From the NCBI GenBank assembly GCA_002385985.1, contig DGEO01000037.1, positions 31,257 to 95,256 of the forward strand: a stretch of 64,000 bases of DNA. The letters run 5' to 3'. The translations under genes and the position numbers were made by a program. Origin of the DNA: Anaerolineaceae bacterium UBA3924. GTDB lineage: Bacteria; Chloroflexota; Anaerolineae; Anaerolineales; Anaerolineaceae. Numbering within the stretch: position 1 is the stretch's first letter; each line of letters opens with the position of its first letter. Positions 35,337 through 44,936 of this stretch are shown piece by piece. The notes below the pieces were generated by a model. It was not told the DNA's origin, made no database searches, and worked only from the letters and a program-made list of their open reading frames with translations.

Positions 35337-35837
35337 ATGCCGGCCAACAACGTCACCCGTATGCTGGATGCGAAGAAGATCGCTTACACCGCCTTCGAAA
35401 CCGAGCCGGTCAAACTCGGGGCCAGGGAAACCGCCCGCCGGCTTGGCGTTCCCGTCGAAATTGTCTACAAAACCATCGTGGTGAAGCGCGAGAAGGCCGG
35501 AAAACTCATCCTGGCAGTCGTGCCGGGGGATGCCGCCGTGGACCTCAAGCGCCTGGCGTCTGCGCTGGGCGAAAAGAAGCTGCAGCTGCCTACCCAGGCC
35601 GAAGCCGAGAAGCTGACCGGGCTGCAGGCCGGAGGGATCTCGCCTCTGGCGTTGATCAACCGCGGTTTTCAGGTGGTCATCGATGAGCGCGCCCGCAGCA
35701 AGGACCAGATCCACATCTCCGGCGGGCAGCGCGGCCTTAACATTCGCATCGGCACCGCCGACCTGGCCGGTCTGGTCCGAGCGCGCTTCGCCCCCATCAG
35801 CCAGCCGCTGGCCGAGGGTGAAGAAGACGCGGACTAA
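35337..35837 (+). CDS. ybaK: YbaK/EbsC-type Cys-tRNA(Pro) deacylase
   Basis: 166 aa from [15 protein letters not shown], with KTIVVK and GGISPL motifs. GGAGGAG SD. The track ORF was trimmed. Confidence 0.8.
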   Translation: MPANNVTRMLDAKKIAYTAFETEPVKLGARETARRLGVPVEIVYKTIVVKREKAGKLILAVVPGDAAVDLKRLASALGEKKLQLPTQAEAEKLTGLQAGGISPLALINRGFQVVIDERARSKDQIHISGGQRGLNIRIGTADLAGLVRARFAPISQPLAEGEEDAD

Positions 35838-37282
35838 CCCTTGATCACCACCACCGGGCGCAGACGGGCGACCTTTTTCGCAATCCCGGCGCCCTGCACG
35901 GCCTTCACCACATCGTCCACGTCTTTGTAAGCCTGCGGGGCTTCCTCCGCCAGGCCGGCCATCGACCCGGCGCGGATATGGATGCCCTCAGCCTGCAGCT
36001 CATTCCGCAGCCGTTCGCCGCGCACTTCTTTTTTCGCCCGCGAGCGGCTCATCACCCGCCCGGCGCCATGGCAGGACGAGCCAAAGGACCGCTCCATACT
36101 GCCTTCCGTCCCCACCAGCACCCAGGAGGCCGTGCCCATGCTGCCAGGGACGAACACCGGCTGCCCCGTCTTCGAGTATTCAACAGGGATTCCCGGAGCG
36201 CCCGGCCCGAAGGCCCGCGTGGCCCCCTTGCGGTGCACGCACACACGCACATCCTCTCCGCCCACCCGGTGCGTTTCCACCTTGCCGATGTTGTGGGCCA
36301 GGTCATACACCTGATGCAAATGCCAGTTCTTGACCTTTCCCGCCAGCACTTCTTCGAACGCCTGGCGGGCGTAGTGAGCCAGCACCTGCCGGTTGCAGAA
36401 GGCGAAGTTGGCAGCCGCCCGCATGGCGGCCATGTAGTCCTCTCCCTCGGGCGAGTTCATCGGCGCGCAGACCAGCTCCCGGTCGGGCAGCTTGATCTGG
36501 TAGCGCTTGACCGCCGGCTGCAGCAGCTGGACATAGTCGCTGCACACCTGGTGACCCAGCCCGCGCGAACCGCAGTGGATCAGCAGGGTAAGCATACCCT
36601 CTTCCAGACCCATTACCGCGGCCGCCTCCGGGTCGAAGACCTGCTCGACCACATCCACTTCGATGAAATGGTTGCCGGAGCCCAGCGTACCCAGCTGGTT
36701 GATCCCGCGCTGCCGGGCGCGCTGGCTAATTTTGGCCGGGTCCGCGCCTTCGATGCGGCCTTCCTCTTCCGTCCGGCGCAGGTCCTGCTCGCTGGCCATG
36801 CCCTTCTTCAACGCCCAGCGCGAACCCTCGCGGCAGACCGCGTCCAGCTCCGCCTGGGTCAACGACAGGTGACCCTGTTTGCCCACCCCGCTGGGGCAGT
36901 AATGGTCCAGCGCAATGGCCAGGTCCTCCAGGAATGGTTCGGCTTCCTCCAGCCGGATCTGCGAGCCAAGCAGGCGCACCCCGCAGTTGATGTCATACCC
37001 GATGGCCCCCGGCGAGATCACCCCGTCCGGATAGCGGGTCGCCGCCACGCCGCCGATGGGGAAGCCGTACCCCTGGTGCATGTCGGGCATCACCACCACA
37101 TGCCCCACCAGGCCTGGCAGGGTGGCCGCGTTCACCGCTTGATCCAGCGAGAGGTCCTCCAGGCTGCTTTCCAGCATATCCCGGCTGGCGAACAGTCGCA
37201 CCGGCACGCGCATATCCGGCCGGTAGTCGACCGGGATCTCCCATTCATAATCGCTAATCTTTCGTACTGCCTTCAGCTCCAT
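35834..37282 (-). CDS. rtcB: RNA 3'-phosphate ligase RtcB
   Basis: 482 aa. Contains [27 protein letters not shown] and SCHGAGR. Its stop overlaps the convergent ybaK stop. Confidence 0.92.
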   Translation of the reverse strand: MELKAVRKISDYEWEIPVDYRPDMRVPVRLFASRDMLESSLEDLSLDQAVNAATLPGLVGHVVVMPDMHQGYGFPIGGVAATRYPDGVISPGAIGYDINCGVRLLGSQIRLEEAEPFLEDLAIALDHYCPSGVGKQGHLSLTQAELDAVCREGSRWALKKGMASEQDLRRTEEEGRIEGADPAKISQRARQRGINQLGTLGSGNHFIEVDVVEQVFDPEAAAVMGLEEGMLTLLIHCGSRGLGHQVCSDYVQLLQPAVKRYQIKLPDRELVCAPMNSPEGEDYMAAMRAAANFAFCNRQVLAHYARQAFEEVLAGKVKNWHLHQVYDLAHNIGKVETHRVGGEDVRVCVHRKGATRAFGPGAPGIPVEYSKTGQPVFVPGSMGTASWVLVGTEGSMERSFGSSCHGAGRVMSRSRAKKEVRGERLRNELQAEGIHIRAGSMAGLAEEAPQAYKDVDDVVKAVQGAGIAKKVARLRPVVVIKG

Positions 37283-37311
37283 CCCTGTCCCTCCCCGGAA
37301 TCGTGTTCCGC

Positions 37312-37719
37312 TCAGACGTCAAACGTGATCGTCGCCGTGTAGCGGTCTCCGTCCCAGTGGATGTCGAGGTTGTGATAGGTAACCGCCTTGATCTCCTTGT
37401 CGATGCGCATCACCGGCGCGGTCGACAGCGCCGCATGCAGGACAGGGCCGTCGATCGCCAGCGCCAGGTGAGCAAAACCCTGGTTTTGCTCCTGCGTTAT
37501 AAACAGCAGCTCGGAGAGGAAGGCTACCAGCAGGCTCTCCGGGTCAGAGTTCTTCAGGCTGAAGAAGTGCGCCGAAAGGGAGTCCGGATGGAGCTCCACC
37601 CCCATCAGGGAAACCATGCCCTGCGCGGCGGAATGAAACAGCCCGGAGAGGTCCGGCGCCCATACCTGCAGCGCCCAGTCAGCAGTGTGAGGGACTTCCT
37701 TGAATCCGCGTTCCTTCAT
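37312..37719 (-). CDS. archease (RtcB activator)
   Basis: 135 aa from [21 protein letters not shown], with C-terminal KAVTYHNL. Trimmed from the track ORF. Confidence 0.85.
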   Translation of the reverse strand: MKERGFKEVPHTADWALQVWAPDLSGLFHSAAQGMVSLMGVELHPDSLSAHFFSLKNSDPESLLVAFLSELLFITQEQNQGFAHLALAIDGPVLHAALSTAPVMRIDKEIKAVTYHNLDIHWDGDRYTATITFDV

Positions 37720-37750
37720 GGCTTTCACATTCGCCTTATAATTATAGAAT

Positions 37751-38512
37751 ATGAAGTCAATGCTCGATCGAATTGAATCCCGGCTGCAAGCGGCCCTCGA
37801 GAGCCGTCTGCCCTGGATCAAGAACAGGCATTCCACGAACTCGCTGGCGCAGCAACTGGTTGACGCGCTGTACGAGAAGGCGAAAACCAGCCCGGACGGC
37901 CAGGCTGTCGCCCCTGACGACTTCATCATCTACATGCATCCGGAACGGGCTGCCGCCTGGAACCGGCAAACAGACCTGCTTGACGACCTGCTGGCAGCCA
38001 TCCAGAATGCGGCGGATGAAGAAAAGTACAAGTTCCTGCAGCCCCCCACCCTGCGCGTGCTGAGCGACAGCAGCCTGAAAACAGACGCGTACAAGATCAG
38101 CGCGGATTATAAGCCCTCCCCGCTGGAGCAGACCGCTTCCATGCCGGTGGAGCAGCCAGCCGGGGATTCCGGGCCGCTGCCGAAGAACGCGTTCCTGATC
38201 GTGGACGGGAACCGGGTCTTTCCCCTGCGCCAGCCGGTGATCAACATCGGCCGCCGCGCGGACAACCACCTGACCATCGACGACCCGCGCGTTTCGCGCA
38301 GTCACGCACAGATCCGGGTGACCAACGGCAGTTATATTCTGTTTGACCTCAACTCCACCGGCGGCACCTACGTCAACAACGAGCGCATCACCCGCTACAG
38401 CCTGCAGCCGGGCGATGTCATTTCGCTAGCCGGCGTGACCCTGGTGTACGGCGAAGACGCCCCCACCGGACCCCAAAAAGCGGAAGGCTCAACTTCACCC
38501 CTGTTTACCTGA
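37751..38512 (+). CDS. FhaA-like protein (DUF3662 + FHA domain)
   Basis: N-terminus MLDRIESRLQAALE... and a C-terminal FHA domain (INIGRRADNHLTIDDPRVSRSHAQI...GSYILFDLNSTGGTYVN). Confidence 0.75.
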   Translation: MKSMLDRIESRLQAALESRLPWIKNRHSTNSLAQQLVDALYEKAKTSPDGQAVAPDDFIIYMHPERAAAWNRQTDLLDDLLAAIQNAADEEKYKFLQPPTLRVLSDSSLKTDAYKISADYKPSPLEQTASMPVEQPAGDSGPLPKNAFLIVDGNRVFPLRQPVINIGRRADNHLTIDDPRVSRSHAQIRVTNGSYILFDLNSTGGTYVNNERITRYSLQPGDVISLAGVTLVYGEDAPTGPQKAEGSTSPLFT

Positions 38513-38525
38513 ACCTGACACCCAC

Positions 38526-38948
38526 ATGAGCGCCACCATCGTCCTCATCCTGCGGCTGCTGCTGGTCATCAGCCTGTACGCTTTCATCGCCTGGGCATTG
38601 ATCACCATCTGGCGCGACCAGCGCCAGCAGGCCCTGCTGCTCGCCTCACGCCGCGTGCCGACCCTGCGCCTGCGGGTGGAGGAAGGGGAAACCGAAAAGG
38701 CCCAGTCCTTCGACAAGGCGGAAGTGCTGGTCGGGCGGGATGCCACCTGCGACTTTGTGCTCGAGAACGAGACGGTCTCCTTGCATCACGCCCGCCTGGT
38801 GTATCATCATAACCAGTGGTGGGTGGAAGACTTGCAGTCCACCAACGGTACATTTTTGAATGATGAGCGCGTGTACATGCAGACGGTTCTGATTTCGAAT
38901 GACGAACTGCGCTGCGGCAAGGTATATATCAACGTCACATTTGGATAA
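38526..38948 (+). CDS. FhaB-like membrane-anchored FHA domain protein
   Basis: N-terminal TM helix followed by an FHA domain (VLVGRDATCDFVLENETVSLHHARL...VEDLQSTNGTFLN). Confidence 0.75.
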   Translation: MSATIVLILRLLLVISLYAFIAWALITIWRDQRQQALLLASRRVPTLRLRVEEGETEKAQSFDKAEVLVGRDATCDFVLENETVSLHHARLVYHHNQWWVEDLQSTNGTFLNDERVYMQTVLISNDELRCGKVYINVTFG

Positions 38949-39017
38949 GTTTTCGCTGCCGCCCCTGTGGACGGCGGGCGCGCGCGGACAAAGTACGATT
39001 GCATGGAGGAACCAGTG

Positions 39018-39881
39018 ATGGAGCAGCCCATTCTTGGGGTTATCGGCGGCTCAGGCCTGTACGAAATGGATCAGCTCGAGCAGGTGGAACAGCGCCAGAT
39101 TGAGACACCCTTCGGGCCGACCAGCTCGCCCATTACCATCGGGTCGATCGAAGGCATGCGGGTGGCCTTCCTGGCCCGGCACGGCATCGGGCATTTCATC
39201 TCCCCGAGCGAGGTCAACTATCGCGCCAACATCTACGCCCTCAAGATGCTGGGCGTGAAAAATGTGATCGGGATCAGCGCCTGCGGCTCCCTTCGCGAGG
39301 ATTACGAGCCGGGGCATTTCGTTGTTCCCGACCAGTTGATCGACTTCACCCGCCGCCGCGAGTCCAGCTTCTTCGGGAATGGGCTGGTGGTGCATGTCGG
39401 TGTCGCCCAGCCCTTCTGCCCGGCGCTGTCCGACCAGCTGCGTGCGGCCGCCAGCGCCGCCGGAGCGAATCTGCATCCCCGCGGCAGTTTCATCACCATT
39501 GAAGGCCCGCGCTTCTCCACCCGGGGTGAGTCTAATCTGTTCCGTTCCTGGTCGATCGACATTATCGGCATGACGACCGCCCCGGAGGCCTTCCTGGCCC
39601 GAGAAGCCGAGATGTGCTATGCAGTCCTGGCCCATATTACAGATTACGACGTCTGGCACGATGTGGAGGCCCCGGTCAGCGTGGACATGGTCATCGAAAC
39701 CCTGGCCCAGAACACCGCCACAGCCAAGGCGACCATCGTCAACCTGCTGAAGCTCCTCCCCAACAAGCAGGACTGCGACTGCGACCACGCACTGCGTGAC
39801 GCCTTCATCACCCCGATCGAAAAGGTCCCGGCTGAGGTGCGCGAAAAACTCGCCCCGATGCTGGAAAAATACATAAAGTAG
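39018..39881 (+). CDS. mtnP: S-methyl-5'-thioadenosine phosphorylase
   Basis: LGVIGGSGLY...FLARHG...YRANIYALKMLGV...MTTAPEA. Start ATG 39018 lies 8 nt after GGAGGA. Confidence 0.85.
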   Translation: MEQPILGVIGGSGLYEMDQLEQVEQRQIETPFGPTSSPITIGSIEGMRVAFLARHGIGHFISPSEVNYRANIYALKMLGVKNVIGISACGSLREDYEPGHFVVPDQLIDFTRRRESSFFGNGLVVHVGVAQPFCPALSDQLRAAASAAGANLHPRGSFITIEGPRFSTRGESNLFRSWSIDIIGMTTAPEAFLAREAEMCYAVLAHITDYDVWHDVEAPVSVDMVIETLAQNTATAKATIVNLLKLLPNKQDCDCDHALRDAFITPIEKVPAEVREKLAPMLEKYIK

Positions 39882-42505
39882 TGAAGCTTCCCTTTTCACT
39901 TGCACCCACACCTCGAGATCAGCTGCAGGGAAGGCTGCTCAGCCTTGCGGCCGTATTCCTGCTGCTGTTCTCTGCCATCCTTACCCTGTCCCCGGCTGTG
40001 CGCGTCCACGGCTGGAACACCAGCCTGCGCTGGGAGCACTGGATTGGGTTCTTGGTGTGGGTGGCCGGGTTTGCCTTCCTGCACATCCAGTCCATCCGCT
40101 GGCTGCCGGACCGGGACCCCTACATGCTGCCCGTCATGGCGCTGATCTGCGGCTGGGGCCTGCTCACCATCTACCGCCTGATCCCGGAATTCGGCTTCCG
40201 CCAGACGGTCTGGCTGGCGCTGTCCGTCGGAGTGATCTGGGCGGGAATGCGCTTCCAGGTGGTCCTGCAGATGCTGCGGCGGTACAAGTACCTGCTGCTG
40301 GTCGGCGGGCTGTTGCTGACCGCGGCGACCATTGTCTTCGGCACCTACCCGGGCGGGCAGGGTCCGCGGCTGTGGCTGGGGTGCTGCGGGTATTATTTCC
40401 AGCCGTCCGAGCCGCTCAAGCTGCTGCTGGTGATCTACCTGGCCGCGTATCTGGCCGACCGCCTGCCCACCGTGTTCACCCTGAGCGAGCATTTGGCCCC
40501 GACGGTCATCCTGGTCGGTACGGCGGCTTTGCTGCTGGCCGCCCAGCGCGATCTGGGCACGGCCATCCTGCTGGTATCCATTTACACGCTGATCGTCTAC
40601 ATCGCCTCCGGGCGGCGGCGCATCCTGATCATCGCTGCGGTGATCATGCTGGTCATCAGCGTGGCCGGCTATTTCGCCTTCGACGTCATCCGCGTGCGGG
40701 TGAACGCCTGGCTCAACCCGTGGATCGATGCCTCCGGCCGCTCCTACCAGATCGTCCAGTCGCTGATTGCGCTCGCCTCCGGGTCGGTGTTCGGCACCGG
40801 CCCGGGCCTGGGCAGCCCCGGTCTGGTTCCCCTGTCGCATTCTGACTTCATCACCGCCGCCATCGCCGAGGAGACGGGTTTTCTGGGTCTCTCGGGGCTG
40901 CTGGTCCTCTACGCGCTGCTTGTCTCGCGCGGAATGCTCACCGCCCTGCACGCCCGCAGCAACTACCGCCGCTACCTGGCCGCCGGGGTGTCGGTCCTGT
41001 TTGCCGTGCAGAGCCTGCTGATCATTAGCGGCAACATTCGCCTGCTGCCGCTGACCGGCGTGACGCTGCCGCTGGTCTCCTACGGCGGCTCCTCCCTGCT
41101 GACGGCCTCCTTCGCCTTCGCCCTGCTGCTGGTGTGCAGCGCTCACGGTGAGGAGGAGCCGGCCCCGCTCAGCCAGGCCCGGTCCTTTACCCTGGTGAAC
41201 AGCGGCATCCTGGCCGGTATTTTCCTGGTCAGTCTGGCGGCCGGCTGGTGGGCCTTCTTCCAGTCCGGCGTGCTGCAGGCCCGGCCGGACAATCCCCGCC
41301 GCTTCATCGCCGACCGCTACTCTCCCCGCGGCCCCATTTTTGACCGGCAGAACAATCCCATCGTGCTCACCGAGGGCCAGCGCGGCGAGCTGACCCGGAA
41401 CACGGTCTACCCGCTGCTCGGCAACGTGACCGGCTACTCCAACCTGCTCTACGGGCGCGCCGGGCTGGAAGCCAGCCTGAACGATTACCTGCGCGGCCTG
41501 GATGGCACCCCCTCCTCTTCGATCATGACCCACCAGCTGCTGTACAACCAGCCGCCGGCAGGACTGGCCGTGCGCCTGAGCCTGGATCTGGATTACCAGC
41601 AGCGGCTGGACAACCTGCTGGGAGACCGGGTTGGCGCGGCGGTGGTGCTCAATGCGCGCACGGGCGAAATCCTGGCGCTCGCCTCGCACCCCTCCTACGA
41701 CCCCAACCAGCTCGAAGAGCTCTGGCCGCAGCTGGTTCAGGACCCCGACTCGCCGCTGCTCAACCGCTCATCGCAGGGCATGTATCCGCTGGGCGGGGCC
41801 ATCGGCCCCTTCATCCTGGCGCGGGTGCTGGCGACGACCGACCTGCCTGCACTGCCGGCCCAGCTGTCCTACCAGGCCGGAGATCAGGTGCTCACCTGTT
41901 CAGGTCCGGTTTCGGACCCGCCGACCTGGTCATCCGCCCTGGTCAACAGCTGCCCGGCCGCCCTGGTGGCAGCCAGCCGCTCCATCTCCAGCAGCCAGTT
42001 CCAGGATCTGCACCGCCAGTTGGGGTTCTACACTGCTCCGGAAATCGAAATGCCTGCCGCGCCGCCCTCTGCTGCGCAAACCCCCGCCAGCGCGGCGCTG
42101 GCCGCCGTCGGGCAGACCGAACTTCGCGTCAGCCCGCTGCAGCTGGCCCTGGCGGCTGCCACCATCAGCAATCAGGGGGTGCGGCCCCCGGCACGGCTGG
42201 TGCTGGCCGTGCAGACACCCACCGAGGGCTGGGTGGTTCGTCCCGGCGGGCAGTCCACCAGCGTGTTCACCCAGGAAGGCGTGGCCGAAACGGCCCTGCT
42301 GCTGGCCAACCCGGACATCCCCATCTGGGAGACGGTCGCCACCGCACGGACCGAACAGGGAACCATCACCTGGTATCTGGCCGGGACGCTTCCCAACTGG
42401 CTGGGCAGCCCGCTCTCACTGGCGCTTGTGCTTGAAGAGGACAACCCGGAAGCGGCACGGGAAATCGGCCTGAACGTCTTCCGCACGGCCCTGCCTAGCG
42501 AATAA
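39881..42505 (+). CDS. SEDS (RodA/FtsW) glycosyltransferase fused to a class-B-PBP-like domain with degenerate transpeptidase motifs
   Basis: 874 aa. The N-terminal ~420 aa are SEDS (SHSDFITAAIAEETGFLG, LPLTGVTLPLVSYGGSSLL). The C-terminal half is PBP2/PbpA-like (AVVLNARTGEILALASHPSYDPNQ, GQTELRVSPLQLA..ISNQG), but the motif positions read GAIG, SCP and RTE. GTG start overlaps the mtnP stop by 1 nt. Confidence 0.85.
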   Translation: MKLPFSLAPTPRDQLQGRLLSLAAVFLLLFSAILTLSPAVRVHGWNTSLRWEHWIGFLVWVAGFAFLHIQSIRWLPDRDPYMLPVMALICGWGLLTIYRLIPEFGFRQTVWLALSVGVIWAGMRFQVVLQMLRRYKYLLLVGGLLLTAATIVFGTYPGGQGPRLWLGCCGYYFQPSEPLKLLLVIYLAAYLADRLPTVFTLSEHLAPTVILVGTAALLLAAQRDLGTAILLVSIYTLIVYIASGRRRILIIAAVIMLVISVAGYFAFDVIRVRVNAWLNPWIDASGRSYQIVQSLIALASGSVFGTGPGLGSPGLVPLSHSDFITAAIAEETGFLGLSGLLVLYALLVSRGMLTALHARSNYRRYLAAGVSVLFAVQSLLIISGNIRLLPLTGVTLPLVSYGGSSLLTASFAFALLLVCSAHGEEEPAPLSQARSFTLVNSGILAGIFLVSLAAGWWAFFQSGVLQARPDNPRRFIADRYSPRGPIFDRQNNPIVLTEGQRGELTRNTVYPLLGNVTGYSNLLYGRAGLEASLNDYLRGLDGTPSSSIMTHQLLYNQPPAGLAVRLSLDLDYQQRLDNLLGDRVGAAVVLNARTGEILALASHPSYDPNQLEELWPQLVQDPDSPLLNRSSQGMYPLGGAIGPFILARVLATTDLPALPAQLSYQAGDQVLTCSGPVSDPPTWSSALVNSCPAALVAASRSISSSQFQDLHRQLGFYTAPEIEMPAAPPSAAQTPASAALAAVGQTELRVSPLQLALAAATISNQGVRPPARLVLAVQTPTEGWVVRPGGQSTSVFTQEGVAETALLLANPDIPIWETVATARTEQGTITWYLAGTLPNWLGSPLSLALVLEEDNPEAAREIGLNVFRTALPSE

Positions 42506-42513
42506 GCCCGCAG

Positions 42514-43449
42514 CTAGCCCTCCAGCAGCAGGTAGCGAGAGCCCGGCTGGCTGTAGATCTGTTCCAGCGCGCTGTCGATGTCCGGGTAGCGGAACTGGAA
42601 CCCTGCCTTCGTCAGGCGGGCGGGCAGCACCGGCTGCCCTTTGAGCACCATCATGCTCATCTCCCCGAGCACCAGGCGTAGTGCCCAGGCCGGCGTCTGG
42701 AACCAGTACGGGCGGTTGAGCGCGCGCGCCAGGCTGCGCCCGAACTGCGCATTGGTCACCGGCCCGGGGGCCGAGAGGTTGTATACGCCCTGCGCGTCGG
42801 GGTTTTCCAGCAGGAACAGCATGGCGGAAACCAGGTCTTCGACGTGGATCCATGACACCCACTGACGCCCGGCCCCCAGCGGACCGCCGGCATACAGGCG
42901 GAACGGCAGCGCCATGATGGGCAGGATCCCGCCCGCGCGGGTCAGCACGATCCCCAGGCGGGTGACGATCTGCCGGGCGCCGTACTCCTCCACCGCCTGC
43001 GTCGAGCGCTCCCAGTCCACCACCAGCCGGGCGATCTGGTCCTCGCCAGGCGAAGCGCTTTCATCCACCGGGTCCTCCTGCGAGCCGTAATAGCCCACAC
43101 CCGAAACCTGCAGCACCGCCCTGGGTCGCTTCTCCGCCCGGGCCAGCGCCGCAACGATCGCACTCCCCGGCACCACCCGGCTGGAGCGGAACTGGTCTTT
43201 TTTCGCCGCCGTCCAGGGCCAGCTGTTCAGGCTCTTGCCCACCAGGTTAACAACCTCGTCCGCCTCGTCCACAGCCTGGACCCATCCGTGACTGGTACGC
43301 CCGTCCCACTGCAGGAATTTCAGCGCCGGCATCGGGCTGCCCGGCGTCACCCGGCGGGTGAGTACAGTCACCCGGTGCCCTCTGGAAAGCAGCCCGCGGG
43401 TGAGCGCCCTGCCGATCAGTCCGGTTCCTCCAACGACGATGACGTTCAT
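42514..43449 (-). CDS. TIGR01777/YfcH-like NAD-dependent epimerase family protein (DUF1731 C-terminus)
   Basis: MNVIVVGGTGLIGRAL Rossmann motif. Trimmed to ATG 43449, preceded by GGGAGGA. Confidence 0.8.
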   Translation of the reverse strand: MNVIVVGGTGLIGRALTRGLLSRGHRVTVLTRRVTPGSPMPALKFLQWDGRTSHGWVQAVDEADEVVNLVGKSLNSWPWTAAKKDQFRSSRVVPGSAIVAALARAEKRPRAVLQVSGVGYYGSQEDPVDESASPGEDQIARLVVDWERSTQAVEEYGARQIVTRLGIVLTRAGGILPIMALPFRLYAGGPLGAGRQWVSWIHVEDLVSAMLFLLENPDAQGVYNLSAPGPVTNAQFGRSLARALNRPYWFQTPAWALRLVLGEMSMMVLKGQPVLPARLTKAGFQFRYPDIDSALEQIYSQPGSRYLLLEG

Positions 43450-43526
43450 GCTGTCCTCCCGCCAGTTTTTCATGGTCCCCCACCGTGCTATAATCCTACC
43501 AGTATTTGAAGGAGACAGGTACCGCG

Positions 43527-44027
43527 ATGCAGTCTGTTCTCGTTTTGAACGCCAATTACGAGCCGATTCACATCTGTGAAATGCGGCGAGCGCTGGGGCT
43601 GCTCATCACGGAGAAAGCCACCCTGGTGGTCAACGGTCGCGGTGAAGTCCATACGGTCGATCGAACTTTCCCGCTCCCATCCGTCATCCGGCTGCAGTAT
43701 ATGGTTCACCGGCCCCGCCCGCATGTCAAACTTACCCGTAGAGAAGTCTTTCGCCGGGATAATTACACCTGCCAGTACTGCGGCAAGCGCTCAGGCCACA
43801 TGACCATCGATCATGTGATCCCCCGCCATATGGGCGGCAAGCACACCTGGGACAATGTCGTCACGGCCTGCTCGGCCTGCAATCATCGCAAAGGCGGCCG
43901 CAGCCTGCAGGAAGCCGGGCTGCGCCTGTCCCGCCCGCCAGCCGAACCGCCCCGCTCCGCGGAGTATGTCTTCGGGCACCGCATTCGCGAGTATGCCGAG
44001 TGGGAGCCCTTCCTAATCGGCTGGTAG
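43527..44027 (+). CDS. HNH endonuclease (stand-alone)
   Basis: CQYCG...DHVIPRHMGGKHTWDNVVTACSACNHRKG. ATG 43527 lies 11 nt after AAGGAGA. The 3' end overlaps convergent lgt by 15 nt. Confidence 0.8.
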   Translation: MQSVLVLNANYEPIHICEMRRALGLLITEKATLVVNGRGEVHTVDRTFPLPSVIRLQYMVHRPRPHVKLTRREVFRRDNYTCQYCGKRSGHMTIDHVIPRHMGGKHTWDNVVTACSACNHRKGGRSLQEAGLRLSRPPAEPPRSAEYVFGHRIREYAEWEPFLIGW

Positions 44028-44885
44028 ATTCTCCTCAGACGGATTCTCCGTCACGACCTCCGCATTCTCAGCCACCGCGGCAGCCCGGTTTCTGCCCGGG
44101 CTGTGCCGCCAGATCAGGAAGGCGGCCGCCGCCAGGGCGATGATCGCCATCGAAGTCTGGTTGGCGTTGATGCTGCCGATCAGCGAAGGATCCAGCCGCA
44201 GGAACTCGAGCACGAAGCGGGTGACCGGGTACAGCACCAGGTACAGCAGGAAGACGTCGCCGGGTTTCAGGCGCTCGCGGTAGCGGGCCGAGACCCACAG
44301 CAGGATGGCCATGTTCACCAGGTTCCAGAGCGACTCGTACAGGAACAGCGGGTGATAATAGGCGACGCCTTCATAGCCCGGGATGCGGAAAGCCGGCTCG
44401 ATAAAGATTGCCCAGGGCAGGCTGGAGGGCGCGCCGTACAGCTCCTGATTGACGAAGTTGCCCCAGCGGCCGATGGCCTGCGCCAGCAGCAGCCCGGGGG
44501 CGATAATGTCCGCCCAGCGGGCAAAGCTGGCCCCGCGCCGTCGGGTGTACCAGAACAGCGCGATCGCCCCGCCGATCACTGCGCCGGGGATGCCCAGCCC
44601 GCCCCGCCAGATCATCACGATCTGCAGCGGGTTCTGCAGGTAATAGCCCACTGTCAGGCCGGAGGCCGCGGAGGGCGTCAGCACATGCCAGATGCGCGCG
44701 CCGATCACGCCAAACACCAGCAGCCAGGGGAGGAGGTCGTACACCATGTCGGTATTTTCGTTCCACTTGCGCGCCTGCCGGAAGGACAGCGCCGCAGCGG
44801 CGACAACGCCGAGCATGATGATCAGCCCGTAGAAGCGCAGGTAGATCAGGTCGCCAAAATGAATGCCGTAACGATCAATTAACAA
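44013..44885 (-). CDS. lgt: prolipoprotein diacylglyceryl transferase
   Basis: YGLIIMLGV, WRGGLGIPGAVIGG and GRWGNFVNQELYG are Lgt signatures. Confidence 0.9.
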   Translation of the reverse strand: MLIDRYGIHFGDLIYLRFYGLIIMLGVVAAAALSFRQARKWNENTDMVYDLLPWLLVFGVIGARIWHVLTPSAASGLTVGYYLQNPLQIVMIWRGGLGIPGAVIGGAIALFWYTRRRGASFARWADIIAPGLLLAQAIGRWGNFVNQELYGAPSSLPWAIFIEPAFRIPGYEGVAYYHPLFLYESLWNLVNMAILLWVSARYRERLKPGDVFLLYLVLYPVTRFVLEFLRLDPSLIGSINANQTSMAIIALAAAAFLIWRHSPGRNRAAAVAENAEVVTENPSEENLPAD

Positions 44886-44936
44886 GGGAACCCTCCTCCA
44901 GTTACCGCCGGGGTCTCAGGAACACTCAGCCGGGGA

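Noticed and set aside
39896-41689. 597-aa ORF on the - strand opposite the SEDS-PBP gene
   Set aside because: It is a GC-shadow ORF with a Q/G/R/A/D-rich, motif-free translation. The opposite strand encodes unmistakable SEDS and PBP sequence.
43527-44027. Stand-alone HNH endonuclease as part of a restriction or defence system or a mobile element
   Set aside because: There is no adjacent methyltransferase, helicase, terminase or integrase, and no repeats. It is flanked by housekeeping genes (an epimerase and lgt). This type of small HNH protein is widely conserved as a solitary gene.
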